NCBI GenBank assembly: GCA_030390025.1
Contig: CM059440.1
Span: 28,520,001-28,584,000 of the forward strand
Direction: 5' to 3'
From: Squalus acanthias
Taxonomy: Eukaryota
Length of the DNA: 64,000 bases
In this document: positions 21,361 through 32,674 of the stretch, piece after piece
Numbering within the stretch: position 1 is the first letter of the stretch
How the letters are laid out: each line of letters begins with the position of its first letter
The notes under the pieces: generated by a model
What the model saw: only the letters and a program-made list of their open reading frames with translations
The model's database searches: none
Told to the model about the DNA's origin: nothing
Made by a program: the position numbers and the translations under genes

Positions 21361-24302
21361 TATGGCAGGGGGCTAGAAACCCATGTAGTGAAATAGAGGA
21401 AAGTGAAAGGCAGACAGAAATAAATGGTAAAAAGGAGAGGAACAAAAAACAAAGGGCCAAACTAATTCATAAAAAATGTGAGCATAAAAAAAGCCTGAGG
21501 GTTTTATACCTTAATGCGAGAAGCATCAGGAACAAGGTAGATGAATTAGCTGTGGAAATAGAGGTTAATAATTATGATCTAATTGGGATTACGGAAACAT
21601 GGTTGCAGGGTGAGCAGGGCTGGGAGCTTAACATACAGGGGTATTCAGTATTTAGGAAGGACCGACAAAAAAGAAAGGGAGGAGGGGTAGCATTGCTGGT
21701 AAAAGAGGGGATAAATGCAATTGAAAGGAAGGATATTAACTCAGTTAATACAGAATCTATATGGGTGGAGCTAAGAAATAGCGAGGGGCGAAAAACATTA
21801 ATAGGAGTGGTATATAGGCCTCCAAATAGTAAAATAGAGGTTGGGGAGGGCATCACGAGGGAAATTAGAGAAGCGTGCAATAAGAGCACAGCTGTCATCA
21901 TAGGTGACTTTAACTTACATATAGATTGGACTAGCCTAATCAGTAAAAATAATGAGGAGGAGGAATTCCTTGAGTGTTTAAGGGATGGTTATCTGGATCA
22001 ATATGTCGAGGAACCAACTCGGGAACAGGCTATATTGGACTGGGTACTGTGCAATGAGAAGGGACTAATTAGTAATCTTGTTGTACGGGGACCCTTGGGT
22101 CAGAGCGATCATAACATGATCGATTTCTCACTCGAAATGGAGAGCGAAGAAATTGACTCAGAGACTCAGGTCCTGAATTTAAACAAGGGGAATTATGATG
22201 CCATTAGACGGGAACTGAGTAGGTCTGATTGGACAACGTTCCTGGGAGGACTGGAGGTAGATAAACAATGGCAAGCATTTAAAGATAGAATGACAAAATT
22301 GCAAAAATTGTTTATACCAATCTGGCATAAAAGGAAATCTAAAAAGGTGACTCAACCGTGGATAACAGGGGAAATTAGAGACAGCATAAAATCCAAAGAT
22401 AGGGCGTATAAAATAGCCAAAAAACGCGCCAGAGCGGAAGATTGGGAACAGTTTAAGATAGAGCAAAGGAGGGCAAAGGGCTTAATCAAGAAGGGCAAAA
22501 TAGCTTACGAAAGCAAGCTGGCGGAAAATATAAAAACTAACTCCAAAAGCTTTTATAAGTATATCAAGAGGAAAAGACTGGTGAAAACCAAAGTTGGTCC
22601 ATTGCAGTCAGATACGGGGGAATATATAATGGGAAATAAGGAAATGGCAGACCAACTAAATGCATACTTTGGGTCAGTCTTTACGAAGGAAGACACAAAA
22701 AACCTCCCTGGGATATCGGGAAAAATAGGGACATTGGCAAAGGAGGAACTGACGCAAATCAATATCTCTAAGGATATGGTGTTAAGGAAGCTAAAGGGAT
22801 TGAAGGCGGACAAATCCCCAGGGCCTGATAACATGCATCCTAGGGTACTGAAGGAGGTGGCCCTAGAGATAGCGGATGCACTAAGCATGATTTTTCAGAA
22901 TTCATTAGACTCGGGAACAGTGCCCATGGATTGGAGGGTAGCTAACGTTACCCCACTATTCAAAAAGGGGGGTAGGGAAAAAGCAGGTAATTACAGACCT
23001 GTAAGCCTTACATCAGTTGTGGGCAAAATGCTGGAGTCCATCATTAAGGATGAAATAGCCGAGCACTTAGCAAATGGGGACAGGATAGGACAGAGTCAAC
23101 ATGGATTTACAAAGGGTAAATCGTGCTTGACTAATCTATTGGAATTTTTTGAGGGAGTAACTGGTAAAATAGATGGGGGAGAGCCAGTAGATGTGGTGTA
23201 CCTGGACTTCCAAAAGGCCTTCGATAAGGTCCCACATAAAAGATTAGCATGGAAAATTGAAGCTCATGGGATAAAGGGGAAAGTATTGACGTGGATAGAG
23301 AACTGGCTGTCAGATAGAAAACAGAGAGTTGGAATAAACGGCTCATTTTCTGAATGGCAGGCAGTAACAAGTGGGGTACCACAGGGATCTGTCCTGGGTC
23401 CCCAGCTGTTCACAATTTATATTAATGACCTGGATCAGGGAGTCGAATGCAGCATTTCCAAATTTGCAGACGACACTAAACTAGGAGGGGGGGTGGGCTC
23501 AGAGGAGGAGACCAGGAAGCTCCAGAGCGATTTGGACAGACTGGGTGATTGGGCGGATAAATGGCAGATGCACTATAATGTGGACAAGTGCGAAGTTATC
23601 CACCTTGGGTGCAGGAACGGGAGGGCAAATTATTATTTAAATGGCAATAAATTGGGAGAGGGGGAAGTACAGAGAGACCTGGGTGTTCTTGTACACCAGT
23701 CACTGAAGGCGAGCATGCAGGTGCAACAGGCGGTCAAGAAGGCAAACGGTATGCTGGCCTTCATAGCAAAAGGGTTGGAATACAGGAACAGGGATACCTT
23801 GCTGCAGCTGTACAGGGCACTGGTGAGACCACACCTCGAGTACTGTGTACAGTTTTGGTCGCCTCATCTGAGGAAAGATGTTCTTGCCATGGAGGGGGTG
23901 CAGCGGCGATTCACCAGGCTGATACCAGGAATGGCGGGATTGACCTATGAGGAGAGACTATGTAGTTTAGGGATGTACACACTGGAGTTTAGAAGATTGA
24001 GAGGGGACCTCATAGAAGTGTATAAAATTCTGACAGGTCTAGACAGATTAGATGCAGAAGGAATGTTTCCCTTGGCGGGTGAGAACAGAACTAGAGGACA
24101 TAATTTAAGGATAAGGGCTAAACCATTTAGGACAGAAATGAGGGGGAATTTCTTCACTCAGAGAGTGGTGAACCTGTGGAACTCATTGCCACAGAGGGCA
24201 GTGTACGCCAGCTCATTAAATATATTTAAGAGGGAATTAGATATATTTCTACAGGCAAAAGGGGTTAAGGGTTACGGAGAGAAGGCGGGGACGGGATACT
24301 GA
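21351..24302 (+). CDS. CR1 ORF2: APE endonuclease plus reverse transcriptase (about 983 codons; start mechanism unclear)
   Basis: Frame open from 21336 to TGA at 24300-24302. EN motifs YLNARS, ITETW, YRPP, GDFN, SDH; RT motifs GVPQGSVLGP, FADD. The ORF-track start at 21552 is a GTG inside the EN domain. Confidence 0.93.
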   Translation, partial: FKLVWQGARNPCSEIEESERQTEINGKKERNKKQRAKLIHKKCEHKKSLRVLYLNARSIRNKVDELAVEIEVNNYDLIGITETWLQGEQGWELNIQGYSVFRKDRQKRKGGGVALLVKEGINAIERKDINSVNTESIWVELRNSEGRKTLIGVVYRPPNSKIEVGEGITREIREACNKSTAVIIGDFNLHIDWTSLISKNNEEEEFLECLRDGYLDQYVEEPTREQAILDWVLCNEKGLISNLVVRGPLGQSDHNMIDFSLEMESEEIDSETQVLNLNKGNYDAIRRELSRSDWTTFLGGLEVDKQWQAFKDRMTKLQKLFIPIWHKRKSKKVTQPWITGEIRDSIKSKDRAYKIAKKRARAEDWEQFKIEQRRAKGLIKKGKIAYESKLAENIKTNSKSFYKYIKRKRLVKTKVGPLQSDTGEYIMGNKEMADQLNAYFGSVFTKEDTKNLPGISGKIGTLAKEELTQINISKDMVLRKLKGLKADKSPGPDNMHPRVLKEVALEIADALSMIFQNSLDSGTVPMDWRVANVTPLFKKGGREKAGNYRPVSLTSVVGKMLESIIKDEIAEHLANGDRIGQSQHGFTKGKSCLTNLLEFFEGVTGKIDGGEPVDVVYLDFQKAFDKVPHKRLAWKIEAHGIKGKVLTWIENWLSDRKQRVGINGSFSEWQAVTSGVPQGSVLGPQLFTIYINDLDQGVECSISKFADDTKLGGGVGSEEETRKLQSDLDRLGDWADKWQMHYNVDKCEVIHLGCRNGRANYYLNGNKLGEGEVQRDLGVLVHQSLKASMQVQQAVKKANGMLAFIAKGLEYRNRDTLLQLYRALVRPHLEYCVQFWSPHLRKDVLAMEGVQRRFTRLIPGMAGLTYEERLCSLGMYTLEFRRLRGDLIEVYKILTGLDRLDAEGMFPLAGENRTRGHNLRIRAKPFRTEMRGNFFTQRVVNLWNSLPQRAVYASSLNIFKRELDIFLQAKGVKGYGEKAGTGY

Positions 24303-24335
24303 ATTGAAGGATCAGCCATGATCTCATTAAATGGC

Positions 24336-24374
24336 GGAGCAGGCTCGAAGGGCCGGATGGCCTACTCCTGCTCC
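24336..24374 (+). other. CR1 3' UTR stem-loop (probable RT recognition element)
   Basis: GGAGCAGG...CCTGCTCC inverted repeat just before the octamer tail. Confidence 0.7.
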
Positions 24375-24962
24375 TATCTTCTATGTATCTATGTATCTAT
24401 GTATTCAGTAGGGAAGATTTTAAGAAGAAGTCTTGCTGGAGAAGAAACCTACATAATTTTTGTTTTGAAAACGTTAAACAATTTAATGACTCCTGTGTTG
24501 TGTCTCCATTTCTTCCCATGCCAAGATCAACTCAGCTGGTGGAACAACGTGTTTGTGGTCTTGCATACTGTGCCACAGATTTACATGTTTGCACAAGTGA
24601 CCACGTACACAGTATCTTCCAGAGCGACATCAGGTGACTCTCCCACAAGAAAGCAAGAAAAGCCAAATGGAGTTTCAAAAATGGTGAGGGGAGCTGACTG
24701 GAACGAAGTTTCCTACCTGCTCCTTGGCCAGTGAGCGGACTATTTCAGAGCTGAAGGGGAGAGACATGTAAATAAAGAGCCCAGATCTTCTGCAAAGCTA
24801 AAGCTGCATGGCTCTGGAGGAAACAAGGGAATCTCCAACTGCAAGCTCAAAGAGCCCAGAAAGCCTTTTAAAATAAGAGAGCAGCTTACACACACATTCT
24901 GAGAAATATGTTCAGATCCAAGTTATCTAGTTGCAGCGGAATCCAGTGCTTGGAAGATGAAA

Positions 24963-25166
24963 GGGATAAGTTTCCAACTTTGTGCTCCTGACAGGGAACC
25001 TTACCCACTGATGGCACATATTGGAAATTCAGGCACACACTGCACAATATTTTCTGAACATTAATTTAAATGGTCAGAATATTATATTCTGCGTGCTCAT
25101 ATTTCTGGTGTGTGTTGCCAGCTGGCAAGGTTCCCTGCGGGGAGCGTGAAGTCTGAAAAGTGCCCC
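24963..25166. mobile_element. Degenerate palindromic MITE
   Basis: Arms ACTTTGTGCTCC..CAGGGAACCTT / AAGGTTCCCTG..GGAGCGTGAAGT. Confidence 0.55.
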
Positions 25167-25366
25167 ATAATAATCTCTTCTGATCACGGTTTAAAGGTCT
25201 TAAGTGACATGAGTGTGAAATAATGAATTGTAGTGTATAACAGTGTTTATAATTGTGATTCTTATACTCTTGATGGTTTCTGCAGTGTTATAACTAGCTT
25301 TATATTATAGCTAAAATATCACATTGTTAATTTTTTTTAAATTAAACTATAGTGTGAGCTAATGTG

Positions 25367-25821
25367 TCAGCCATGGCTCGGTTGGTCGCACTTTCATCTC
25401 TAAGTTTGAAGTTTATGGATTCAAGCTCCACTATAGAGACTTGAGCACATAATCTAGGCTGACACGTCCGTGCAGTGCCAAAGGAGTATTGCACTGCCGA
25501 CGGTGCCGTCTTTCAGATGAGATGTTAAACCGAAGCCCCACCTGCCCCCTCGGGTGGAAAAATCCCACGACACTATTTGAAGAAGAGCAGGAGAATTCTC
25601 CCAGTGTCCTGGCCAACATTTATCTTTCAACCAACACCGCCAAAACAGATTATCTGATCATTTATCTTATTGCTGTTTGTGGCACCTTGCTATGCACTGT
25701 TGGCTGCCGTGTTTCCTTACATTAAATCAGTGACTCCACTTCGAAAGTACTTCATTGGCTGTGAAGCGCTTTGGGATGACCTGAGGTTGTGAAAGGTGCT
25801 CTATAGATGCATGATTGTTCT
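25367..25821 (+). mobile_element. Full-length tRNA-headed Deu-domain SINE (SacSINE1/AmnSINE1-like body)
   Basis: A/B-box-like head; body repeated at about 6855, 12745, 16945, 44100, 44310(-), 48315 and 61210; L2-like tail. Confidence 0.75.
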
Positions 25822-25867
25822 TAATCAAATCTGTGATAAATTTGTGATTTTTTTTTTTTTAAATTAG

Positions 25868-25985
25868 GCTCATGGAATCTTCTGGGAGGCCAGTTGCTCG
25901 AGGTTCAGGAAAGAAAAGTATTAGGTTTGCAGAATTAGTTCTAGATGTTGCCCCCAAAACTGGAAGAGTGATACTGAAGAAAAAG
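25868..25985 (+). CDS. VPS13D: VPS13D exon (LMESSGRPVARG...ELVLDVAPKTGRVILKKK)
   Basis: poly-T then aattag acceptor, gtaaaa donor; 118 nt, phase 2-0. Confidence 0.92.
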
Positions 25986-26256
25986 GTAAAAAAAAATTAC
26001 ATCTGTGCAGAAATCTTATCTTAACTGTTGTTGTTTTTTCCAACTGTGTTGCAAGGAACATTTTCAATACAGTTTGCATTGAACAGAAGCCATAGTTACA
26101 ACTTATCAGTAAGATTGTAAATTTTTTGTGCCCCTTCCAAAACACATGCGTGTACATATACTTTCCCCGTTCCTCTCCAGAAGATGTTGACACTTGCTGA
26201 GGTATGGTTCTACCTCTTCCGCAGCTATTCATCATAGAAGAGCCTAGACAGTGAGT

Positions 26257-26785
26257 AAGAACATAAGAAATAGGAGCAGGAGTAGGCCATTCGGCCCCTC
26301 GAGCCTGCTCCGCCATTCAATAAGATCGTGGCTGATCTTCTACCTCAACTCCACTTTCCTGCACTATCTCCATATCCCTTGATTCCCTTAATATCCAAAA
26401 ATCTATCGATCTCTGTCTTGAATATACTTATCGACTGAGCCTCCACAGCCCTCTGGGGTAGAGAATTCCAAAGATTCACCACCCTCTGAGTGAAGAAATT
26501 GCTCCTCATCTCAGTCCTAAATGGCTAATCCCTTATTCTGAGACTGTGACCCCTGGTTCTAGACTCCCCAGCCAGGGGAAACATCCTCCCTGCATCTACC
26601 CTGTCAAGCCCTGTAAACATTTTGTATGTTTCAATGAGTTCACCTCTCATTCTCCTAAACTCTAGAGAATATAGGCCTAGTTTACTCAATCTCTCCTCAT
26701 AGGACAATCCCCCCATCCCAGGAACCAGTCTGGTGAACCTTTGTTGCACTCCCTCTATGGCAAGTATATCCTTCCTTAGGTAAGG
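26257..26785 (-). mobile_element. CR1 LINE 3' end, fairly young
   Basis: Minus-strand QQRFTRLVPGMGGLSYEERL...TRGHSLRI; 3' UTR very similar to 24300-24385. Confidence 0.92.
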
Positions 26786-27329
26786 CAGACTGGAGTGTTG
26801 GCAGACTGCTTGACCATGGAGAATATCACAGCTGAACCCAATTCTATTCTAACTAGATAGCAATCTCTCCCCCTTCCCAGCCCAGGGCACTGATGTCAAT
26901 TGTAGCACTACTTCACAGATCAGCTAATTCAGCACAGACCAAGCATTGTACTGAGGATCGCCTTGGTCTGTAAGGCTTGGCACCATACCAGGCAGCAACG
27001 TTATAAACTGAGCCTCGGAAGGAGCCAGTTTTAATTTATTTTTAACTATTCTGTTAGCCAATCGTTGCTGGGGAGGATATGCATTTTTATTCTGTATACA
27101 AGGAGTGTATTTGGTGGACGGCAGAGGAATAATGGTCTTTGCTGGATTCAGTCACTTGCATCTGAGAGTTGTGTCAGAATGACGATAGGATGAGGGAGTT
27201 GAGAACAGCAGCAGGAAGAGTGGAACAAAACCAATATAGCAGTTATAGGCCTGTTAATAAAGAGTTGATCAGGTTGGTACTGAGTAGGGGAGACCTACAG
27301 TAAAGAGAAACTTTTTTAAAGAACTAAGC

Positions 27330-27720
27330 TTTGTAGCTTAAAATTGCATGTCCTGTGAGAGGTAGTGCACAGAGAATCAGTTGTCCTGTGTTCCTGTTTA
27401 CTTCAAGCTTAATTGAAAGCTCCAGCCGCGTGGTTCGGGGTGTGTAAGAATTCCCTGATGGCTTAGGGGGAAGGGGAGATAAATCAAGGTTCCTACTCCT
27501 GATCACAATCCAGTGATTGCCTTCTGGAATGCACATGTGTATGATGGTTGATTGAGGACAGGATTGAGCTTGGCTGCAATGTCCTTCATGGTTGGATAGC
27601 CAATTGGAACAAGTGTAAAGGCTTGTACATGAAGAATGACTAGAAGGTACTCGAGGCAACCAGTGCCCTGAAACCATAGCCCAGTAAGTGTAAATGCTAG
27701 GAGGGGTCAGGAGAAAATAT
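27330..27720 (+). mobile_element. Old abundant SINE-like repeat (representative copy)
   Basis: Related degenerate copies in either orientation near 8300, 14800, 18900, 26790, 29000, 33700, 36480, 37500, 40500, 45950, 46600, 59880, 61870 and 62750. Confidence 0.55.
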
Positions 27721-27866
27721 TGCAGTTCAACTAAATTTATTGCTTGACAAAAATATTTTGTTATACTTTACTTAGCTTGTGTTAAGTCACAGTTATAGTA
27801 TATGTCTTGTTCAGTGCTTTAACCTATAACTCATAATAAAATTCTGCTTCAACCTTGTAAATCCAG

Positions 27867-28030
27867 GAACCAGGTAAAAGATCACAGCTTTGGCGCATGA
27901 CTGGTAGTGGGATGTTATGCCATGAAGGCTCCTCTCCTCCTCATAACCCCAACAAACCCTCCTCCAGTAGACAGTCAAACTCTGGATTGGTCCTGGACAT
28001 TGCAGGCTTGGCTGCCGTCACTGACTACAG
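27867..28030 (+). CDS. VPS13D: VPS13D exon (EPGKRSQLWRMTGSGML...LDIAGLAAVTDYR), ricin-B-like region
   Basis: atccag acceptor, gtaaac donor; 164 nt, phase 0-2; QxW motif. Confidence 0.95.
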
Positions 28031-28303
28031 GTAAACTAGGGCAAGGTGAACCAGGGGAAGAAGACATTCCTGTTTAGTCACCTATCAGAGTGCATGTTGG
28101 GTGATAGGAGTTTAAGTTTTAACATTCTGATGGGAAATAAGTGCATCCAGATTTTGTGAGCCATTAAAAGGCTGTGTGGAATTGTAAACCATCTTATTGT
28201 GTTATCTAAGTGGAAAATTCATCTCCTTCACATAAGTGTCTATGGTTCAACAATGACCTAAAGATTCAAGATTTGATTCCCAATCAGATCATTGTCCAGT
28301 GAT

Positions 28304-28545
28304 ACAACAACTTGTATTTATATAGCGCCTTTAACGTAGTAAAACGTCCCAAGGCACTGCACAGGAGTATTTTAAGACAAAAAATTTGACACCGAACCAC
28401 ATAAGGAGAAATTAGGGCAGGTGACCAAAAGCTTGGTCAAAGAGGTAGGTTTTAAGGAGCATCTTAAAGGAGGAAAGAGAGGTAGTGAGGAGGACAGGTT
28501 TCGGTAGGGAATTGCAGAGCTTGGGTCCTAGGCAGCAGAAGGCAC
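28304..28545 (-). mobile_element. L2-type LINE 3' end
   Basis: Minus-strand LGPKLCNSLP...SFKMLLKTYLFDQAFG plus (TTG)n tail. Confidence 0.85.
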
Positions 28546-29383
28546 TTGATAGTGACATCAATTTCTGCTTTACTTGTAAGGGTGTATTAGGGGAATTAAT
28601 AGTTCCCAATATGTCTCTTAATTTTCACCAGCCCTCTGTGTTGCCTTTAATAAATCTAGTAGAGTGCGAGGATGACACAATATTCTAGTGTTTTGCTTGA
28701 TTACCTTTGGGGATTGGAGAATTTAGGAAAAAAAATTCCTCAGGACGTTAAACAGATGGGGCAGTGTCTACAGTAAAGGAGACTGTACATAATCTGTGAA
28801 AGGACTAGACTGTATTGGATAAATGGCCTTTTCTTGATGGTTCTAGAGCATCTTGCTGAATTTGCCCTGGCACAGTTCAGTGCTACAGTGTGCCCTTCCA
28901 AGGCTTTCCCACATAATGAGAGTCCAATCCAGCCATCCCACATCGTCCTAGTTTTTCTCTCCTTCAATGTCAGCACGCCAGTTCCTCAGCCAAGTGGCCA
29001 TTCTTCAATTTTTATTGATTGCAGGCTGGCTATTCAGCAGTGGATGGGGATGCATCACAGCTTAACTTGAAACAGTTATTTCCCAATGTCCACACTTGCT
29101 CAGTCTGGCAGGAATCACTGAATTGCAATTGGGAGCAGAAACCCCAACTAATTTTTCCCTCATTAGTTCAGGGATGCTGTGAGGCCAATTGTTACGGCCC
29201 AGATGTCACCCTGATTTCACACCAACTGGGTATTGAGCCTGAGATTTTCTATTCTGTAATTTATTACTACATCGGGCAGTATATTTATCCATTAGGCCAA
29301 CAAGAAAGCGCTTTATATTTAGTTGCACAGTGTGTATGGGAATGTGTATATATCATTTACCCCTCACTTTCTGTCTGTTGCAG

Positions 29384-29492
29384 ATATGAGCCACTCATGC
29401 TGAAAAAGCCAGAGCGGCGTCGCAACAGTACACAGACATGGTATTTCCGAGATGGACGTCTGAGCTGCGGCATGTCAAGAATGGTAGTACAG
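29384..29492 (+). CDS. VPS13D: VPS13D exon (YEPLMLKKPERRRNSTQTWYFRDG...VVQ)
   Basis: ttgcag acceptor, gtaaaa donor; 109 nt, phase 2-0. Confidence 0.95.
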
Positions 29493-29957
29493 GTAAAAAC
29501 AACAGCCATGGCAGAATAAACCTTCACGGTCCTATTTCACCCACCAATAAGTGGCTTTGCAACTGACTCAACAGTGTCACTTTGGCTCTATCTATCCTCA
29601 CAGTCTGCATAATGAGAAAATGAGATGGGGTGGGGGGGGGAAGCCACGCAGGACGATTTCAGGATGTCCCTTATTGTTGATGAGTGAACGGGATTGGTGT
29701 GGGTTCGGCTACTTCAGGCAGCAAGTATATATATTTGTGGAATTATCAAGGGATGTTGCTGCATGCCACGCATTTGAGCTACACATGGGTGCTTTGTTGC
29801 TAATCTGCACCCATACTCGACCCATACGTGCTCAGCACGTTAGCCAGGTACAGGGTGGAAATATGCTCTGACCTTTTTCCTCGCACCCTTTTTAATGTGC
29901 TTGTGAGGGTATTGATTGTCAGTGAACTGTATCTTGAATCTGTGCTCATTTATCTAG

Positions 29958-30134
29958 ACAACAAAAGGCATTTCAGGCTTATACGATGGAGCGGAGGTAG
30001 TACTGGGTCCAGAACCTTCGCTTGGCCTAGAGCCAGTTCCAGTCGAACAGCAGTTCATAAACCAGAAGATGAGACCTGGTTCAGGAGTTCTGTCTTTGCG
30101 TGTCATTCCTGATGGTCCAACACGAGTGTTGCAG
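29958..30134 (+). CDS. VPS13D: VPS13D exon (TTKGISGLYDGAEVVLGP...IPDGPTRVLQ)
   Basis: atctag acceptor, gtaatc donor; 177 nt, phase 0-0. Confidence 0.93.
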
Positions 30135-30193
30135 GTAATCTGCTACCTATTAGATAGCAAACAACTCAACTAAAATGTAAGATTAGTTAATCA

Positions 30194-31830
30194 AACATCA
30201 TCATCAAACCTGCTGACAAAGAGGGCACTGTTGTCATATGGTAGAAGATCATTTTTGTGGCCGCTCCATCTGCCTCTGGATCATGACTCCACTACCAAAC
30301 ATTAAAACATAATTTCCCAGACTGTTAACAATTTTATTTCTTGAGGAGATCTCCTCCTACTGCCTCCAACTTTGTTATTCTCAAACGCGATACAGGGTAT
30401 TTCAACCTCCTCGTCAAAATACATAAACAGGACTCTCCCAGTAGACCAATTGTTTGAACCTGCTCCTGTCGCACTAATCTAATTTCTTCTTATCTTGAGT
30501 CTATTCTTCCACACCCCTCCCCCTTGTCCAGTCTCTACCCACCTATACCAAAGACTCTTCTGACACCTTCTGCCACTTTGATGATTTCCGGTTCTCTGAT
30601 GCCAATCACCCCTTCACCATGAACATACAATCTCTCTAAACCTCCACCCATTACCAGAGGAGCCTCTTTATCAAACAGCGGTCCAATCAGTTCCCATTCA
30701 TCACCACCCTTCTCTCCACTTGAACAACTACTCCTTTAACTCCACTTCCTCAGGTAAAAGGTGTCTCACTAGGATCCCAATTACGTCCTAGCTGTGCGTT
30801 TGTTTTTTGAGATATGTGGAACACTTTTTATTCCATTGCTGATTATGCCTCCTTCTTGACCATTACCTCCATTACATTGACAACTGTCAGTAGTGCTTCC
30901 ACCCCTGGTCTAATCTTGAGATTTTCAATTTCCACCCATCCCTCAGCTTTACATAGTACATCCATGACTCTTCCTTTTCCTTCCTGGACTTCTCTTTTTC
31001 CATCTGACAACGGGTTTTCCACAAACATCTGTTACTGACTCCCGCAAATACCTGGATATACTTCGTCCTACCATAGTTTCTGTAAAGACTCCATCCCTTT
31101 CTCCCTCCCTGTCTCTTTATCTTTTTTGTGTTTGGTCTGATGACTCCACTTTCCTTGTCAGAGCTTCTAAAATGTTCTACTTTTTCTTCAATCAAGGATT
31201 CCCTGCGACAGTGGTCGATAGGACTCTTGGCCATATTTGCCCCATTTCTTGTACCTGTGGTCACATCCCCTACTCACATGGCAACAAGATCCTTTTTTTC
31301 CTTGCTGTCTACCCCATCAGCCTCTGCATTCATCAGATTACTTGTCATTCTGTCTACACAATTCAACCGCCAAGCACAGCTTCCCTGCGCTCTCCACCAT
31401 TCTCTCCAGGATGCCCTTGTTTACTCTTCCAGAATCCCAACTTCCAGCTGCCCTTCCTCCGCATCTTCACATGCAACAGCAGCAGGTACAACACTTACTA
31501 ATTCAACTGCTCCTACGCTAAAGACCAGGGTTCCAAACATTCCTTCAGTGTGAGACAGTGTATTTCCTCCAATCTAGTACTGTAATAATAATTCAGTTTC
31601 TGCTGCTCATGATGTGGTGGTCTCTACATTGGGGTACCCAAATACAGATTAGTTGATCGCTGTGCCAAACACCTGGGTTCTGTCCACAAGTGTGACCTTG
31701 ACCTTCCTGGGCTTACCACTTTAACCGCTCTGCCTTTACTGTCTTTGGGCTTCCGTACCGTTCCAAATTCAGGAATAGTATGTCATCTTTTCCTGGCCAC
31801 TAACTTAAATAACTTCAGATCTTAGCATCA
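30194..31830 (+). mobile_element. Decayed Penelope-like element (RT plus GIY-YIG pseudogene)
   Basis: IIIKPADKEGTVVIW (30197), LLVKIHKQDSPSRPIV (about 30407) and LYIG..KYRLVDR (about 31622), with many stops and frameshifts; terminal-repeat remnants follow to about 32410. Confidence 0.85.
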
Positions 31831-32554
31831 TTCCCATTTTCCTTACAGCTTGGGCTATTGGTGACATGTGGTAAGCTTGTCTGTTCCAAACAGAGAGGAA
31901 GTACGTTGATGTTTTTGGTACAAACCTTTTGTCCGAACATAGTTCTGAGCCTGTTTTTGTCTCTCTCCATAAGTGACGAACCAATATGTGCTTTCAGCAG
32001 TTTCTGTATTTATTTCTGATCTCCTGCATTTGCAGGATTCGTTCAGTTGTTTATTTTTGATTTTTTTCTGATTTTTTTTTTTTCCCCCTCTTTCTTTGTA
32101 TGGCCTTCTTTTGTCTTTTTCATCTTTGCTCTTTGCATGTTCTTTTAATGTCTTTCGATTGCTTCACTGAGTTGATCTTTTATATCATCTATCAGTTTTC
32201 TATTAAATAGGCTACAGGTCATTCAATTAATTACTTCCTCTCTTTGGAATATCAGAAGTTTTTATCTCACCTCCTCCTTTTGTCCTCAGCCCTCCTGAAA
32301 TGCTTGTTTATCTTTTAGTTTTGAATTCTGACCAAGGATTATACCCAAAACATTAAACTGTCCTTTCCCTTGATGCTAACTATGCCAGCATGTTCTGCTT
32401 CTGTGTAAGATTAGTTTGTGGACTTCCCATAAATCTTGTATGGCAAATTTGTTTTCATTTATCTATTTGTAATTTAATGAAATCACACAGATCCCATTGC
32501 CCTGATCAGTGATTTTAATTTAGTTGGTCTTCTGACCAATTTGGCTTGTTACAG

Positions 32555-32674
32555 ATTACTGACCTACAGCATCGCAGAACCAATCGCTCCCTCACAGGAA
32601 CTGAGGACTGTCCAATGGCAGAAATCGGTGAAATTCGGAAGTTAAAGAACTTGGAAGCTGAACAAGAGTTAGAG
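32555..32674 (+). CDS. VPS13D: VPS13D exon (ITDLQHRRTNRS...KLKNLEAEQELE)
   Basis: ttacag acceptor; the weak gtctgt donor is the one that keeps frame; 120 nt, phase 0-0. Confidence 0.9.

Larger units (their letters stand above)
21166..24399 (+). mobile_element. Young 5'-truncated CR1 LINE (ORF1 tail, complete ORF2, 3' UTR, (CTATGTAT)n tail)
   Basis: Open EN-RT frame, CR1 3' hairpin, octamer tail; candidate TSD TGTATTCA at 21158-21165 and 24400-24407. Confidence 0.95.

Noticed and set aside
21552-21554. ORF-track start of the 916-aa protein
   Set aside because: It is a GTG downstream of the first endonuclease motif (YLNARS); the frame is open from 21336.
21572-24157. Several minus-strand ORFs inside the CR1
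   Set aside because: Antisense shadows of ORF2 with no recognisable domain.
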